From IMG/VR virus record IMGVR_UViG_3300020046_003388: 64,000 nt of DNA; one strand, written 5' to 3'. The number at the start of each line of letters is the position of its first letter. Position 1 is the stretch's first letter. The notes under the pieces are model-generated. The model was not told where the DNA came from, did no database searches, and saw nothing but the letters and a program-made list of their open reading frames with translations. The stretch is from an uncultured virus (IMG/VR IMGVR_UViG_3300020046_003388) (lineage: Duplodnaviria > Heunggongvirae > Uroviricota > Caudoviricetes). Of this stretch, positions 55,559-64,000 are shown in pieces. The position numbers and the translations under genes are program-made.

Positions 55559-58500
55559 ATGGCAAAGTTGTCCGACGAAGACCAAACGGCTATTATCTAT
55601 GACCGAGTGAAGCAGGTTCGGGCATCAAAAACTCTTGAGCTGAAACCATCCCCTAGGTTACGGCAAGAGATTACAGGGTTGGATGGGCAACCTCAACCCT
55701 TCCGAATGAGATACTACCAATCTCAGGGTATTTTCCACCTCCTGACCGTCAACCGCATGGTTCTTGGTGACGGAACGGGACTAGGTAAGTGTGAACCGGC
55801 GGACACACTGATCATAAGCTCAGAGGGCCAGATACCTATTCGCTCTTTGGCACCCAAAGAATTTGAATCTAACTCAACGGAAGGATTTTACCCCTTGGAC
55901 CGTCCTTTGGCAGTTTGGACGGGCCGAAGAATGGCGACCGTTCCTAGGTTCTACTGGGGTGGTAAAAAGCCAACGGTCAAGGTTACAACCAGAAATAACT
56001 ACAGAATTGAAGGGACTCTTGTCCACCCACTCTTAGTTCGGAGTGAGAAGGGTCACGTCTGGGAAGAGGCTGGGTCCCTTCAGGTCGGTGATCACTTATG
56101 CGTAGAGAGGAAAGAAGCTCCTTTCCCTGAGGTTGAGCCAGAAGTAAACTTTGTACCCAAGCTCCCACACGGGTGTACCAAAATTTATAGGTACCAGCGT
56201 TTTCTATCTGAAGACCTTGCCAGTCTGATTGGTTACGTAGTGGGTGAAGGTAATAGAGCCCCTTACGGGATTTGCGTAACTCAATGCAGCACCCTAAACC
56301 CAGAGACCCACCAAGAGATTAGAGACCTTTTTTTCAAGGTATTTGGGTGGTCTGGGAATGAGAATTGTGGTCAACGTGACATCCGAATCCATGTGTCAAG
56401 CGTCGGGATTAAAGAGTACTTAGCTGCTTGTGGGGTAGGGGAGGAACTTTCACGGACCAAATTCGTTCCAGATCTCATCCTTCGAGGAACACGTTCCTCC
56501 GTTCGAGGGTTCCTTTCGGCTATGTTTGAGGGTGAGGGCTCTGTTGAGGTTGAGGGTGGGGTTGAGTTTTCTTCTTCCTCCGAGCAGCTCATCCGAACCA
56601 TTCAAGTATTGCTGCTACGTTTCGGAGTTGTTTCAACGCTTTCCCCCAAGGTAATCCCAAATAATCCGCACACTTACTGGAGGCTTTGCTTCTTTGGGGA
56701 CGATGCTCGCACCTTCCAAGCAAGTATTGGGTTTAGGTCCGCCAGAAAAAAGGACCTTTTGCGGGACGCAATCAAAAAAACATCTAACCCTAACAAGGAT
56801 GTGGTGCCCTTCTCCGGCCCTATGGTCCAAAGCCTCAAGACCCTTATTCTTAAGGCAACCTCACAAAACTTGGTAAGTAGGAACCAATATGGCTGGGGTA
56901 TTAAGCAGTTTGGGGAGAGTTTTCAAAGCACACTCAAGCATGTCATCAACAAGAAGCGTAACCCAACTTACCAATGGCTTGGTAAGTTACTTGATATCTC
57001 TCGTGGTCTTGGACTCTCGACTACCGAAGAGTACCTTGAAGTCCTTGGGGTTTACGAGCGTCGATTCTTCTATGACCCCATAGTGAAAGTTGAGTACGGC
57101 GAAGCAGATGTAATGGATATCGAGGTTGAGGATCCTGACCACTGTTATGTTGCCAACGGACTCGTGAGTCACAATACGATTCAGGTTTTAGGCGCATTTT
57201 GCTACACTTGGGACCGAGATCCTCAGATGAAGGTGATTGTAGTCTGCCCTAAGTCAGCCATTCGCCAATGGGGGGCTGAGGTGGAGAAGTTCACCGTGGG
57301 AGTCAAGACCTTTGTGGCCACTGGGACGGTGGCTCAACGTAAGGCTACCTATGCCGCATGGGAAGCGGAAACCGAGTCTAGGGCCATCCTCGTCATGAAC
57401 TACCACACGTTGGTGAGAGACTGGGACCAGGACATTCAGAAGGTGGCTCCTCCTCCTGGGTCGAAGCATGGGACTCAACCTACCCTTGGGTTGGGGTTAC
57501 TCGATGGTATGACCAGCCGAATACCTAAGATTATCGTATGCTTCGACGAGTGCGTAGCCTTCAAGAACCCCTCTACAAAGACCCACAAGGTCTGTAAGGC
57601 ACTGTCTGTCAAATCGAGCAAGGTCTGGGGACTGACGGCTACCCTCCTGAAGAACAACTTGATGGAGGGATTTGGCATCTACCAAGTGATTCGACCTGGG
57701 ACGTTCAAGTCAAAGACTGCGTTTCTTGAGGCCTACTGCGTCACGGAAATGCAGCGAGTAAAGGGAGGGATCAAGGTCCCTATTGTTGTAGGATATCATA
57801 ACCTTGTACACTTCCGGGATACCATTGACCCATTCTTCTACGGTCGACCGAAACATGTCGTAAGTGACGAGCTACCTACTCTTACTACACGGGAGATTTT
57901 GTGTGAGCTGTCCCCTCAGGAGGACGCCAAATACCAGGAAGCGCTGGCCGGACTGCTGGAGCTTGGAGATGGGGATCAGAAAGACTATCGGGAGACCAGA
58001 GAACTCACAAGTCTTATCTACACGCAGGAAGTCGTAAACTCTCTTGCCCTTCTCAAGTTTGAGGAGGGGGACACCCAATTCGAGGGTAAAAGTGCCAAGG
58101 AGCAAGCGCTCCTTGACCTACTTACAGAGGAGTTTGATGGGGAGAAGGTCATCGTCTACACTAGGTTTGAAAAGCTCGTTGGAAGGCTCCAGAAGCTGCT
58201 AACCGCTGAGAAGATCAAAAGTGTAAGGATCACCGGTAAGGAAAAGGATACCGACCGTAAGAAGGCCCAAGACAAGTTCCAGGACCTTACGAGTGATGTG
58301 TCCGTCGTGTTCATCACGGATGCAGGGTCTGAGGCCATCAACCTCCAGGCTGCTTGCGGTATGGTGTTTTTCGACTCCCCTTGGTCGTGGGGTCAGTATG
58401 TCCAGTTGCTTGGACGTATGATTCGTATCGGGTCTATTCACCAAAGCGTCCTAGCTATTCATCTAGTCGCTGAGCGACACGGTAAGACGTCCAAAAAAGA

Positions 58501-58651
58501 GACGATTGACCATCAGGTAATCAAGAAGTTGCGCAAGAAAAAGGGTCTGAGTGACCAAATTCTCGGGGAGGCTGCTGTGGGAGCTTTGAAGTTTGATCGA
58601 TCCGAGACAGATCTTCGTGACCTGTACAGTGCAGTGCAGGGGGCGAAATGA
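55559..58651 (+). CDS. SNF2-family (SF2) helicase containing an intein
   Basis: LGDGTGLGK/T motif I, VVCPKS, CFDEC, LTATLLKN, EKVIVYT, AGSEAINLQ, QLLGRMIRIG. Confidence 0.9.
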   Translation: MAKLSDEDQTAIIYDRVKQVRASKTLELKPSPRLRQEITGLDGQPQPFRMRYYQSQGIFHLLTVNRMVLGDGTGLGKCEPADTLIISSEGQIPIRSLAPKEFESNSTEGFYPLDRPLAVWTGRRMATVPRFYWGGKKPTVKVTTRNNYRIEGTLVHPLLVRSEKGHVWEEAGSLQVGDHLCVERKEAPFPEVEPEVNFVPKLPHGCTKIYRYQRFLSEDLASLIGYVVGEGNRAPYGICVTQCSTLNPETHQEIRDLFFKVFGWSGNENCGQRDIRIHVSSVGIKEYLAACGVGEELSRTKFVPDLILRGTRSSVRGFLSAMFEGEGSVEVEGGVEFSSSSEQLIRTIQVLLLRFGVVSTLSPKVIPNNPHTYWRLCFFGDDARTFQASIGFRSARKKDLLRDAIKKTSNPNKDVVPFSGPMVQSLKTLILKATSQNLVSRNQYGWGIKQFGESFQSTLKHVINKKRNPTYQWLGKLLDISRGLGLSTTEEYLEVLGVYERRFFYDPIVKVEYGEADVMDIEVEDPDHCYVANGLVSHNTIQVLGAFCYTWDRDPQMKVIVVCPKSAIRQWGAEVEKFTVGVKTFVATGTVAQRKATYAAWEAETESRAILVMNYHTLVRDWDQDIQKVAPPPGSKHGTQPTLGLGLLDGMTSRIPKIIVCFDECVAFKNPSTKTHKVCKALSVKSSKVWGLTATLLKNNLMEGFGIYQVIRPGTFKSKTAFLEAYCVTEMQRVKGGIKVPIVVGYHNLVHFRDTIDPFFYGRPKHVVSDELPTLTTREILCELSPQEDAKYQEALAGLLELGDGDQKDYRETRELTSLIYTQEVVNSLALLKFEEGDTQFEGKSAKEQALLDLLTEEFDGEKVIVYTRFEKLVGRLQKLLTAEKIKSVRITGKEKDTDRKKAQDKFQDLTSDVSVVFITDAGSEAINLQAACGMVFFDSPWSWGQYVQLLGRMIRIGSIHQSVLAIHLVAERHGKTSKKETIDHQVIKKLRKKKGLSDQILGEAAVGALKFDRSETDLRDLYSAVQGAK
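55790..57175 (+). mobile_element. Intein (462 aa) with LAGLIDADG homing endonuclease, inserted in the helicase Walker A
   Basis: Starts CEPADTLII after GLGK; block B GTLVHPLL; LAGLIDADG-like LIGYVVGEG and FLSAMFEGEG; ends YVANGLVSHN followed by Thr. Confidence 0.92.
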
Positions 58652-58866
58652 GTGGCGGATGTGACACGGAGTGGTCCGACCTCGACCGCGCCCGAGTGAC
58701 CATTGCTAATCTCACCAAAGAGAGAGACACGCTGAAAGAAAAGGTGGAGGCTCTAATGAGGGAGCGCAACACGCTCCGCACGGACGTTGACCGTTACTTC
58801 GAGCGGATGGTGAGGCTGGAGGGCGAGCGTGACCGCGCCGAGAAGGACGATGGAGAAGTGAAGTGA
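58648..58866 (+). CDS. Small coiled-coil hypothetical protein
   Basis: ATGA/GTGA overlaps; ERDTLK/ERNTLR/ERDRAE repeats; visibly GC-richer than neighbours. Confidence 0.6.
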   Translation: MSGGCDTEWSDLDRARVTIANLTKERDTLKEKVEALMRERNTLRTDVDRYFERMVRLEGERDRAEKDDGEVK

Positions 58867-59750
58867 CCCTAGATCCTGAGTTCTTTGCGGTTGACCCATT
58901 GGTAGAGTCCTGCCCTAACTGCGTAAAGTGTGGCGGTAGGGGCTACATCATGAAGGATGGAGATCCTTTCACTCAAGTGGAGTGTAATAACCTGTTCCTG
59001 AGAAGGGTGGGGTTGAAGTTAGGGGTTGAAATCGCGACAGCTGCCACTCTAGCAGATTCCCCACTCTACGTATGGGGAGGGAAGGATAAGACTCAGAGTA
59101 ACCTCTTCCTAAAGGGGGACTGGGTAGACCTACTACCTCACCTAAAGTGCGCACTCCTTCGCAAGTTCTACAGCTGTGGAGTAGAGGCCTTTAGTTTCCG
59201 GGTGGTCACGGATGAGCGACTCAAGAATGTGTACCTATCGAATGAGGCCTACACAGCGAAGCAGCGTAAGAAGCGAGATGAGGGGGAGGTCTACAACTCG
59301 CTTTCCGACCTCATTGGCAACTCCCACAACCTCATCATCATTAGGCTTGGCTTCCTCGGCTACAAGAACGTGGCTATGCCCGGAATCCTAAAAGAGACCC
59401 TGATGATGAGGCAAGCTCAAGGAGTTCCAACTTGGGTAGTAGAGGACCCAGACTCCCCTTTTGTCCCAGGGCATTTTTCGTGGAGTCTAGATGTTAGCGA
59501 TTACATAACGAGGTACTACGAGACGTTGGACTTTACTTCGGCTGTAAGGACTCCTAGGTCAGGTCTTCCTGAGGAAGAAGACGAAGGTCTTGGTCTGGAT
59601 ACGCCAGAGACGGAGGTAGCTCCAGAGCCTAAGCCAAGAGTCAAAGCTCAAGCGCCAGTGGTGGTTGAAGGGGTGGCTGACTTCAGCTCAGACCTTGCGT
59701 TGGGTACGGGGTACGTCAAGAAGAACTACAAGAAGGGAGGTAGAGGTTGA
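58863..59750 (+). CDS. Putative helicase-loader-like protein (degenerate DnaC/IstB-like) with Zn-finger
   Basis: CPNCVKCGGRG...VEC; NLFLKGDW and NLIIIRLG at positions expected for Walker A and B; directly upstream of DnaB-like gene. Confidence 0.45.
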   Translation: MTLDPEFFAVDPLVESCPNCVKCGGRGYIMKDGDPFTQVECNNLFLRRVGLKLGVEIATAATLADSPLYVWGGKDKTQSNLFLKGDWVDLLPHLKCALLRKFYSCGVEAFSFRVVTDERLKNVYLSNEAYTAKQRKKRDEGEVYNSLSDLIGNSHNLIIIRLGFLGYKNVAMPGILKETLMMRQAQGVPTWVVEDPDSPFVPGHFSWSLDVSDYITRYYETLDFTSAVRTPRSGLPEEEDEGLGLDTPETEVAPEPKPRVKAQAPVVVEGVADFSSDLALGTGYVKKNYKKGGRG

Positions 59751-61216
59751 AATCCATACTTCGTAGCGTAATTGACATTGCAGGTAATGAAGACCAGGTA
59801 AATCTCATCGCCAACCTCCAAAAGTTGATGGTGTCCAAGGTTGAATGGACTCAACCAGCGGATCAGCGAATTTACGACCAAATTACGCACTACTTCCAGC
59901 TAAAGTACGAAGTCCCATCCGGACAGACGCTCATGGACTTCTTCGAGGTCCAACGAGACCAGGAAGCGATTGAGCGGGTCAAGGACTTTACGAATGTGCA
60001 GGCGTACATTCGTACGAACTTTGCGCACCTCCTAACTACAACCCTTGAGAAGCAAGGCCAGATTAAGGCGATCACGCTCTTCAAGGAAGCCGGAGAGATT
60101 GCAGGTCGAGGGCTCATCATCGACAAGGAGAAGAAGCAAGGAGTAGCTGAGGCTCTTGCACATGTCTATGAGCATGGGTCTAAGCTAATTGCATCCGAGT
60201 TCAACTCTAGAGCAGAGGGGGATGCTCGGGATGACGGGCAAGAGGTTTGGGATCGTTATCAGCACGCCAAGAACAACCCAAGTGAAGCTTGGGGTAAGCT
60301 ATGTGGGCTAAACGAGATAGACAAGGTAATCAAGGGAGGTAAGAAGGGAGAGCTTTGGCTCCATGCTGCATTCACGGGTGAGCTGAAGTCTACCTTTGCT
60401 CTGAATTGGGCCTACAACCTAGTTACCAGGTACAGGACCAACGTATTCTATGCCACCCTAGAGATGCCCTACACCCAGGTTGTAGACAAGCTCTATGTCA
60501 TGCATAGCTCGAATCATCGATTCCGAGCTTTGGGCTATGCACCTCTCAGTTACGCAAAGGTGATAGCTGGGGAGTTGACTCCAGAAGAGGAGAAGTTCTG
60601 GCAACTGGTCATCACGGACTTCACTACAAACGAAGAGTACGGGTCTCTCCATTTCTGGTCTCCGATTGAGGATGCAAACACGGATGACATCCGTGTTAAG
60701 GCAGAAATTGTCAACCAGAAGCACAGCCTTGGTCTTGTGATCATCGACCACGGTGGAATCGTACAGGCAAGACGAAAGAAGCAGTCGAAGGACTACGTTA
60801 TCGAGTTGAACTCTGTCATTCGCGACTCAAAGCGGCTGGCACTCCAGTTCAACAATGGTCAGAAGATTCTCGTTATGCTGCTATTCCAGATCAGCCGAGA
60901 GGGTAAGGAGTACGCAGACAAGAATGAGGGTCGCTACAAGCTGAGAGCACTGAGCTACGCAAATGAGGCGGAGCGGTCTGCGGATTACGTAACCACTACG
61001 TATCTGAACGAAGAGCATCGAACAGCTGGGACCACGATCTTCGACATGTTGAAACGACGGGATGGGGCGTTCTTTAAGCCATTCCTTGCAGGGATCGATT
61101 GGAATACTAGTCGTATCTACAATCGAGACACCTTCAGCAATGTAGGGGATCGGGGGTTGGGAATCGACAACGAGAGAGACATATCTCAAGCTCTAGCGGG
61201 CATGTTTTCGGTGTAA
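59747..61216 (+). CDS. Replicative DNA helicase, DnaB-like (SF4)
   Basis: GLNEIDKVIKGGKKGELWLHAAFTGELKST, FYATLEMP, LVIIDH, LFQISRE, AERSAD, LKRRDG. Confidence 0.85.
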   Translation: MKSILRSVIDIAGNEDQVNLIANLQKLMVSKVEWTQPADQRIYDQITHYFQLKYEVPSGQTLMDFFEVQRDQEAIERVKDFTNVQAYIRTNFAHLLTTTLEKQGQIKAITLFKEAGEIAGRGLIIDKEKKQGVAEALAHVYEHGSKLIASEFNSRAEGDARDDGQEVWDRYQHAKNNPSEAWGKLCGLNEIDKVIKGGKKGELWLHAAFTGELKSTFALNWAYNLVTRYRTNVFYATLEMPYTQVVDKLYVMHSSNHRFRALGYAPLSYAKVIAGELTPEEEKFWQLVITDFTTNEEYGSLHFWSPIEDANTDDIRVKAEIVNQKHSLGLVIIDHGGIVQARRKKQSKDYVIELNSVIRDSKRLALQFNNGQKILVMLLFQISREGKEYADKNEGRYKLRALSYANEAERSADYVTTTYLNEEHRTAGTTIFDMLKRRDGAFFKPFLAGIDWNTSRIYNRDTFSNVGDRGLGIDNERDISQALAGMFSV

Positions 61217-61226
61217 GGAGGGTCCT

Positions 61227-61442
61227 ATGTCCGGTAACTTTCAACAACAAGCGAGACAGCCTGGAGATGGTCAGGTGGCCGTACAAGCCATGGGTAATGG
61301 TCGACTGGCTCTTTGTGTGGATGATGCGGATGGTAACTTCGCAGTCTTCATGTCAGAGCACAACGCCGCTAGGGTTGTAGCTTTACTAGCTACTTATCTT
61401 CGCATCAGACTCAATCCAAAAGATGCGAATAACATCAAGTGA
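61227..61442 (+). CDS. Small hypothetical protein
   Basis: AAGGAGG RBS; 71 aa; GTGA overlap. Confidence 0.65.
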   Translation: MSGNFQQQARQPGDGQVAVQAMGNGRLALCVDDADGNFAVFMSEHNAARVVALLATYLRIRLNPKDANNIK

Positions 61443-62086
61443 GACAGGTCAACTCTAGTGACAACCTGCGGGAAGCCCTACAAGATAGTGCCCGTAGTGG
61501 GTTGTACAAGGAATGGGTAAGTCAGCGAGCTAACGCCATACGAGATACAGTGACCGCCTATGACGTACTCCGTCATTTTGGGGTTAGTCTCAAGTATGCC
61601 GGAGATGACAACGAAGAGCAGATATCGTGCCCCTTCCATGGAGAAGACAACTCTCCTTCTGCAAGGGTGTACCCACAGAGCGCTAGGTCGTCTAGCCATG
61701 TTTGGTGTTTCGTTTGCAATGAGCGATGGGATGTCTTTGCTCTATGGAAGAAGTTCCAAGGGGAGGACCAGAAGTTCACTCAGTTACTATTCGGTATCGA
61801 GCGTGCTTTTGGATTGACTACCCCAGAAGCCCCGGAAGTCTCCTCAGGAGCTAGCTCAGTCCGAGGTCCTACAGAGAGGGAGCAGGAAGTTCTCTCTCTG
61901 TTAGATACCTGCGAACGTAGGCTCAAACAAGCTAAGGAGAGCTGCGATATGGTAGGTTTTCTCACCTTAGGTAAGCTACTAGACACTCTGCACTACCAGG
62001 TCACTAATCGGTTAATCGATATCGAAGATGCCTGGAAACATACTCGTGCCATCCTAGATAAGATTGGCAGTAAGATTCGTGCCTAG
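61439..62086 (+). CDS. CHC2 zinc-finger protein (DnaG primase zinc-binding domain without TOPRIM)
   Basis: ISCPFHGEDNSPSARVY...HVWCFVCNERWDVF; only 215 aa with a helical C-terminus. Confidence 0.75.
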   Translation: MRQVNSSDNLREALQDSARSGLYKEWVSQRANAIRDTVTAYDVLRHFGVSLKYAGDDNEEQISCPFHGEDNSPSARVYPQSARSSSHVWCFVCNERWDVFALWKKFQGEDQKFTQLLFGIERAFGLTTPEAPEVSSGASSVRGPTEREQEVLSLLDTCERRLKQAKESCDMVGFLTLGKLLDTLHYQVTNRLIDIEDAWKHTRAILDKIGSKIRA

Positions 62087-62501
62087 GCAGCTCAAGCTGA
62101 AGACCGTTGAGCTTGGGGGTCTGGAACTCTACCTCATCTATCAGTACGGGGAAGTCTGGGAGGATGCTTGGGTTGCAGCTCAAAGTCTCCCGATCGCAGA
62201 GTTGTTCACGACCATCCACTTCGAGGTCATGAATCACGCTTTACGCGGTTGGACTTCTCCGCTCGTGAAGGCTCTTGGGCTTTCTCCAGCAGGCGCCTTA
62301 CGTAAGCTCCCACTAAAGGATAGGACTTGCTACAAAAAGACCGTATGTCCGCTATACACGAAGGACTGCCAACCTCAGTCGCTAAAAATGCCATGGTGTT
62401 TCGAGCCGGGATCCGTCGTAGACCTCACAGCTAGGGGATTAGGTGCAGAAGCCATCCGACTGTGGAAGTTGGGTGTGTACCTAATTGTTGTAACTCACTA
62501 A
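62079..62501 (+). CDS. Cys-containing hypothetical protein
   Basis: Likely GTG start at 62079 (track start 62064); CYKKTVC...DC...WCFEP. Confidence 0.6.
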   Translation: MPRQLKLKTVELGGLELYLIYQYGEVWEDAWVAAQSLPIAELFTTIHFEVMNHALRGWTSPLVKALGLSPAGALRKLPLKDRTCYKKTVCPLYTKDCQPQSLKMPWCFEPGSVVDLTARGLGAEAIRLWKLGVYLIVVTH

Positions 62502-62534
62502 TTTACCACGACAACTGCCAACTTTTGGAGATAC

Positions 62535-64000
62535 ATGTCCAACGCAAGCCCCCTAGACTTCATGCAGAATGTAGGTCTCACTCAACAGAGGGAGACGCCG
62601 AATATTGTGAAGCCTTGGATGAAGTACCATCGATTCGAGGTGGTAAGTACGATTGAGAAGCTTGAGTGGGTTATTCAGAAGGCCTTTGAGGCTAAGGAGT
62701 GCTCCCTTGACCTGGAGACTCAGGGACTGGATACCCGAGTCTACCTCAAGCCTGTCTCAGAGTTGGAATCCCCTCACGAGATTTGGTGGGACCCAGCATC
62801 ACCTCCTGCATTAGTCCCTCAATCTGTTCACAAGATTGTGGGCTACTGTCTGTCCTACGATGGCATAACGGGGTACTACGTTCCTGTTCGTCACACTGCC
62901 CCAGGAGCCGTGAACGTAGACCTTGTGAGAGCTGGGCAGCTTATCTCAAAGCTGTGTCATGCAGCCCAACCTGAGTTGACAACGGAGGGACTAGCTCAGG
63001 ACCCATTAGGCAGCTACTTGATCAAAACTCCAGGTAAGATCAAGCTATACTTTTGGCACGCTAAGTTCGATCAGGAGCTACTCTACCCGGTGACAGGGAT
63101 CGACTTTTGGCATCCAGAATCCTATGAGGATGGGATGCTACTGTACTTTGTTAAGTACACTAGCGATAAAAACCTAGACCTGAAGCAGAAGTCCTTCAAA
63201 GAGCTGTTTGTACGAGACGCTCAAGGGAAGCTCATAACGGAGAACAACAACGCTATCCCCTACGAGATGATCAAGCTGAAGGAGCTGTTCTTGAAGGGGC
63301 GAGAGATTGACTTCCCTTCGCTTCACCCAGAAGAGCCAGGTGTAGTTGCCTACGCCTGCTCTGATGCCATTTGCACGTTCCTGCATTGCAAAAAGCCGGA
63401 ACTCATCAGTATGACACGGGACCCGAAGTATTTCCCGATGTATCGCCTTGAAAAGCAGTCTGCTCAGGCACTACGGGGTATGGAGCGTAATCGAGTTAAG
63501 CTCGACTTGCCCTACGTGCGATCCTTGTTTGCCGAGGCAAGAATAGAGGCAGATGGCTACCGAAATCAAATCGTTACGCTCGCTAGCGAGTATGGCTTTC
63601 CTGACTTCGACCCACAGTCTCCAGCTCAGTTGGCGGAGTTTCTATTCAAGTCCCCAAGTGGCTTGAAGATCGAGCCCAAACCAGAGCAAACCCCTAGTGG
63701 TCAGTACAAAACGGACGCTGATACCCTAGAGAAAATCGTACTAGAGAACTCAGGTGTCAATCCAATCCTTCTTGTGGTGGTCAAGTACCGACAAGTGGAA
63801 AAGGTTATTGGTACCTACTTGGAGGCTATGGTCGCTAATTGCGATGCCAACGATGAGGCCAGGGTGCAATTCAAGCAAACAGGAGCTGCAACCGGGCGTA
63901 TCTCAGCTCCTGGTGGCGACCCCAAACACGGGTACTGTGGGTTCCCTCCTCACGGTATTCCAAGCACCTATGACGAGAAGAAGCCAAAGGTAGCTACGTG
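62535..64000 (+). CDS. polA: DNA polymerase, family A, with 3'-5' exonuclease domain (truncated by window end; absent from ORF track)
   Basis: GGAG RBS and ATG 62535; frame open to window end; ExoI SLDLETQGLD, ExoII FWHAKFD, ExoIII YACSDA; LEK...MERN, FDPQSPAQLAEFLF, YKTDADTL, KYRQVEK..GTY, FKQTGAATGRIS. Confidence 0.9.
   Translation, partial: MSNASPLDFMQNVGLTQQRETPNIVKPWMKYHRFEVVSTIEKLEWVIQKAFEAKECSLDLETQGLDTRVYLKPVSELESPHEIWWDPASPPALVPQSVHKIVGYCLSYDGITGYYVPVRHTAPGAVNVDLVRAGQLISKLCHAAQPELTTEGLAQDPLGSYLIKTPGKIKLYFWHAKFDQELLYPVTGIDFWHPESYEDGMLLYFVKYTSDKNLDLKQKSFKELFVRDAQGKLITENNNAIPYEMIKLKELFLKGREIDFPSLHPEEPGVVAYACSDAICTFLHCKKPELISMTRDPKYFPMYRLEKQSAQALRGMERNRVKLDLPYVRSLFAEARIEADGYRNQIVTLASEYGFPDFDPQSPAQLAEFLFKSPSGLKIEPKPEQTPSGQYKTDADTLEKIVLENSGVNPILLVVVKYRQVEKVIGTYLEAMVANCDANDEARVQFKQTGAATGRISAPGGDPKHGYCGFPPHGIPSTYDEKKPKVAT

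Noticed and set aside
1..64000. Stop-codon reassignment
   Set aside because: Very long ORFs are intact in the standard code, and TAA, TAG and TGA all end genes at tight junctions

Overview
This window is part of a large myovirus-like (probably jumbo) bacteriophage genome of about 50% GC. All credible genes lie on the + strand and are tightly packed or overlapping. 490-50799 is a contractile-tail baseplate/fibre module: a gpV/gp5-like spike, gp25-like, gpJ-like and gpI-like wedge proteins, two collar/fibre-attachment paralogues, and several very large modular virion proteins (1518-2283 aa). Four free-standing homing-type endonuclease genes (two HNH-type, two GIY-YIG) are interleaved in it. 50801-55483 is an accessory block with a holin-like protein, a membrane-anchored protein, a beta-barrel-like protein, a J-domain protein, an HExxH zincin and a gene broken by an 11-bp duplication. 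55559-64000 is a replication module: an intein-containing SNF2 helicase, a degenerate DnaC-like protein, a DnaB-like helicase, a stand-alone CHC2 zinc-finger protein and a family A DNA polymerase that runs off the window and is missing from the ORF track. I saw no tRNA, rRNA or CRISPR array. The best leads are: (i) a hydrophobic spike plus a pseudo-threefold non-PAAR tip candidate; (ii) giant fibres with nested lectin domains and two propellers inserted into a beta-helix; (iii) endonucleases placed beside paralogous structural genes, with a 20-bp element shared by the two HNH-type loci; (iv) accessory proteins with similar Arg/Ala leaders, possibly capsid-packaged effectors; (v) an atypical candidate lysis cassette. 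All functional calls come from motif reading only; no database search was run.
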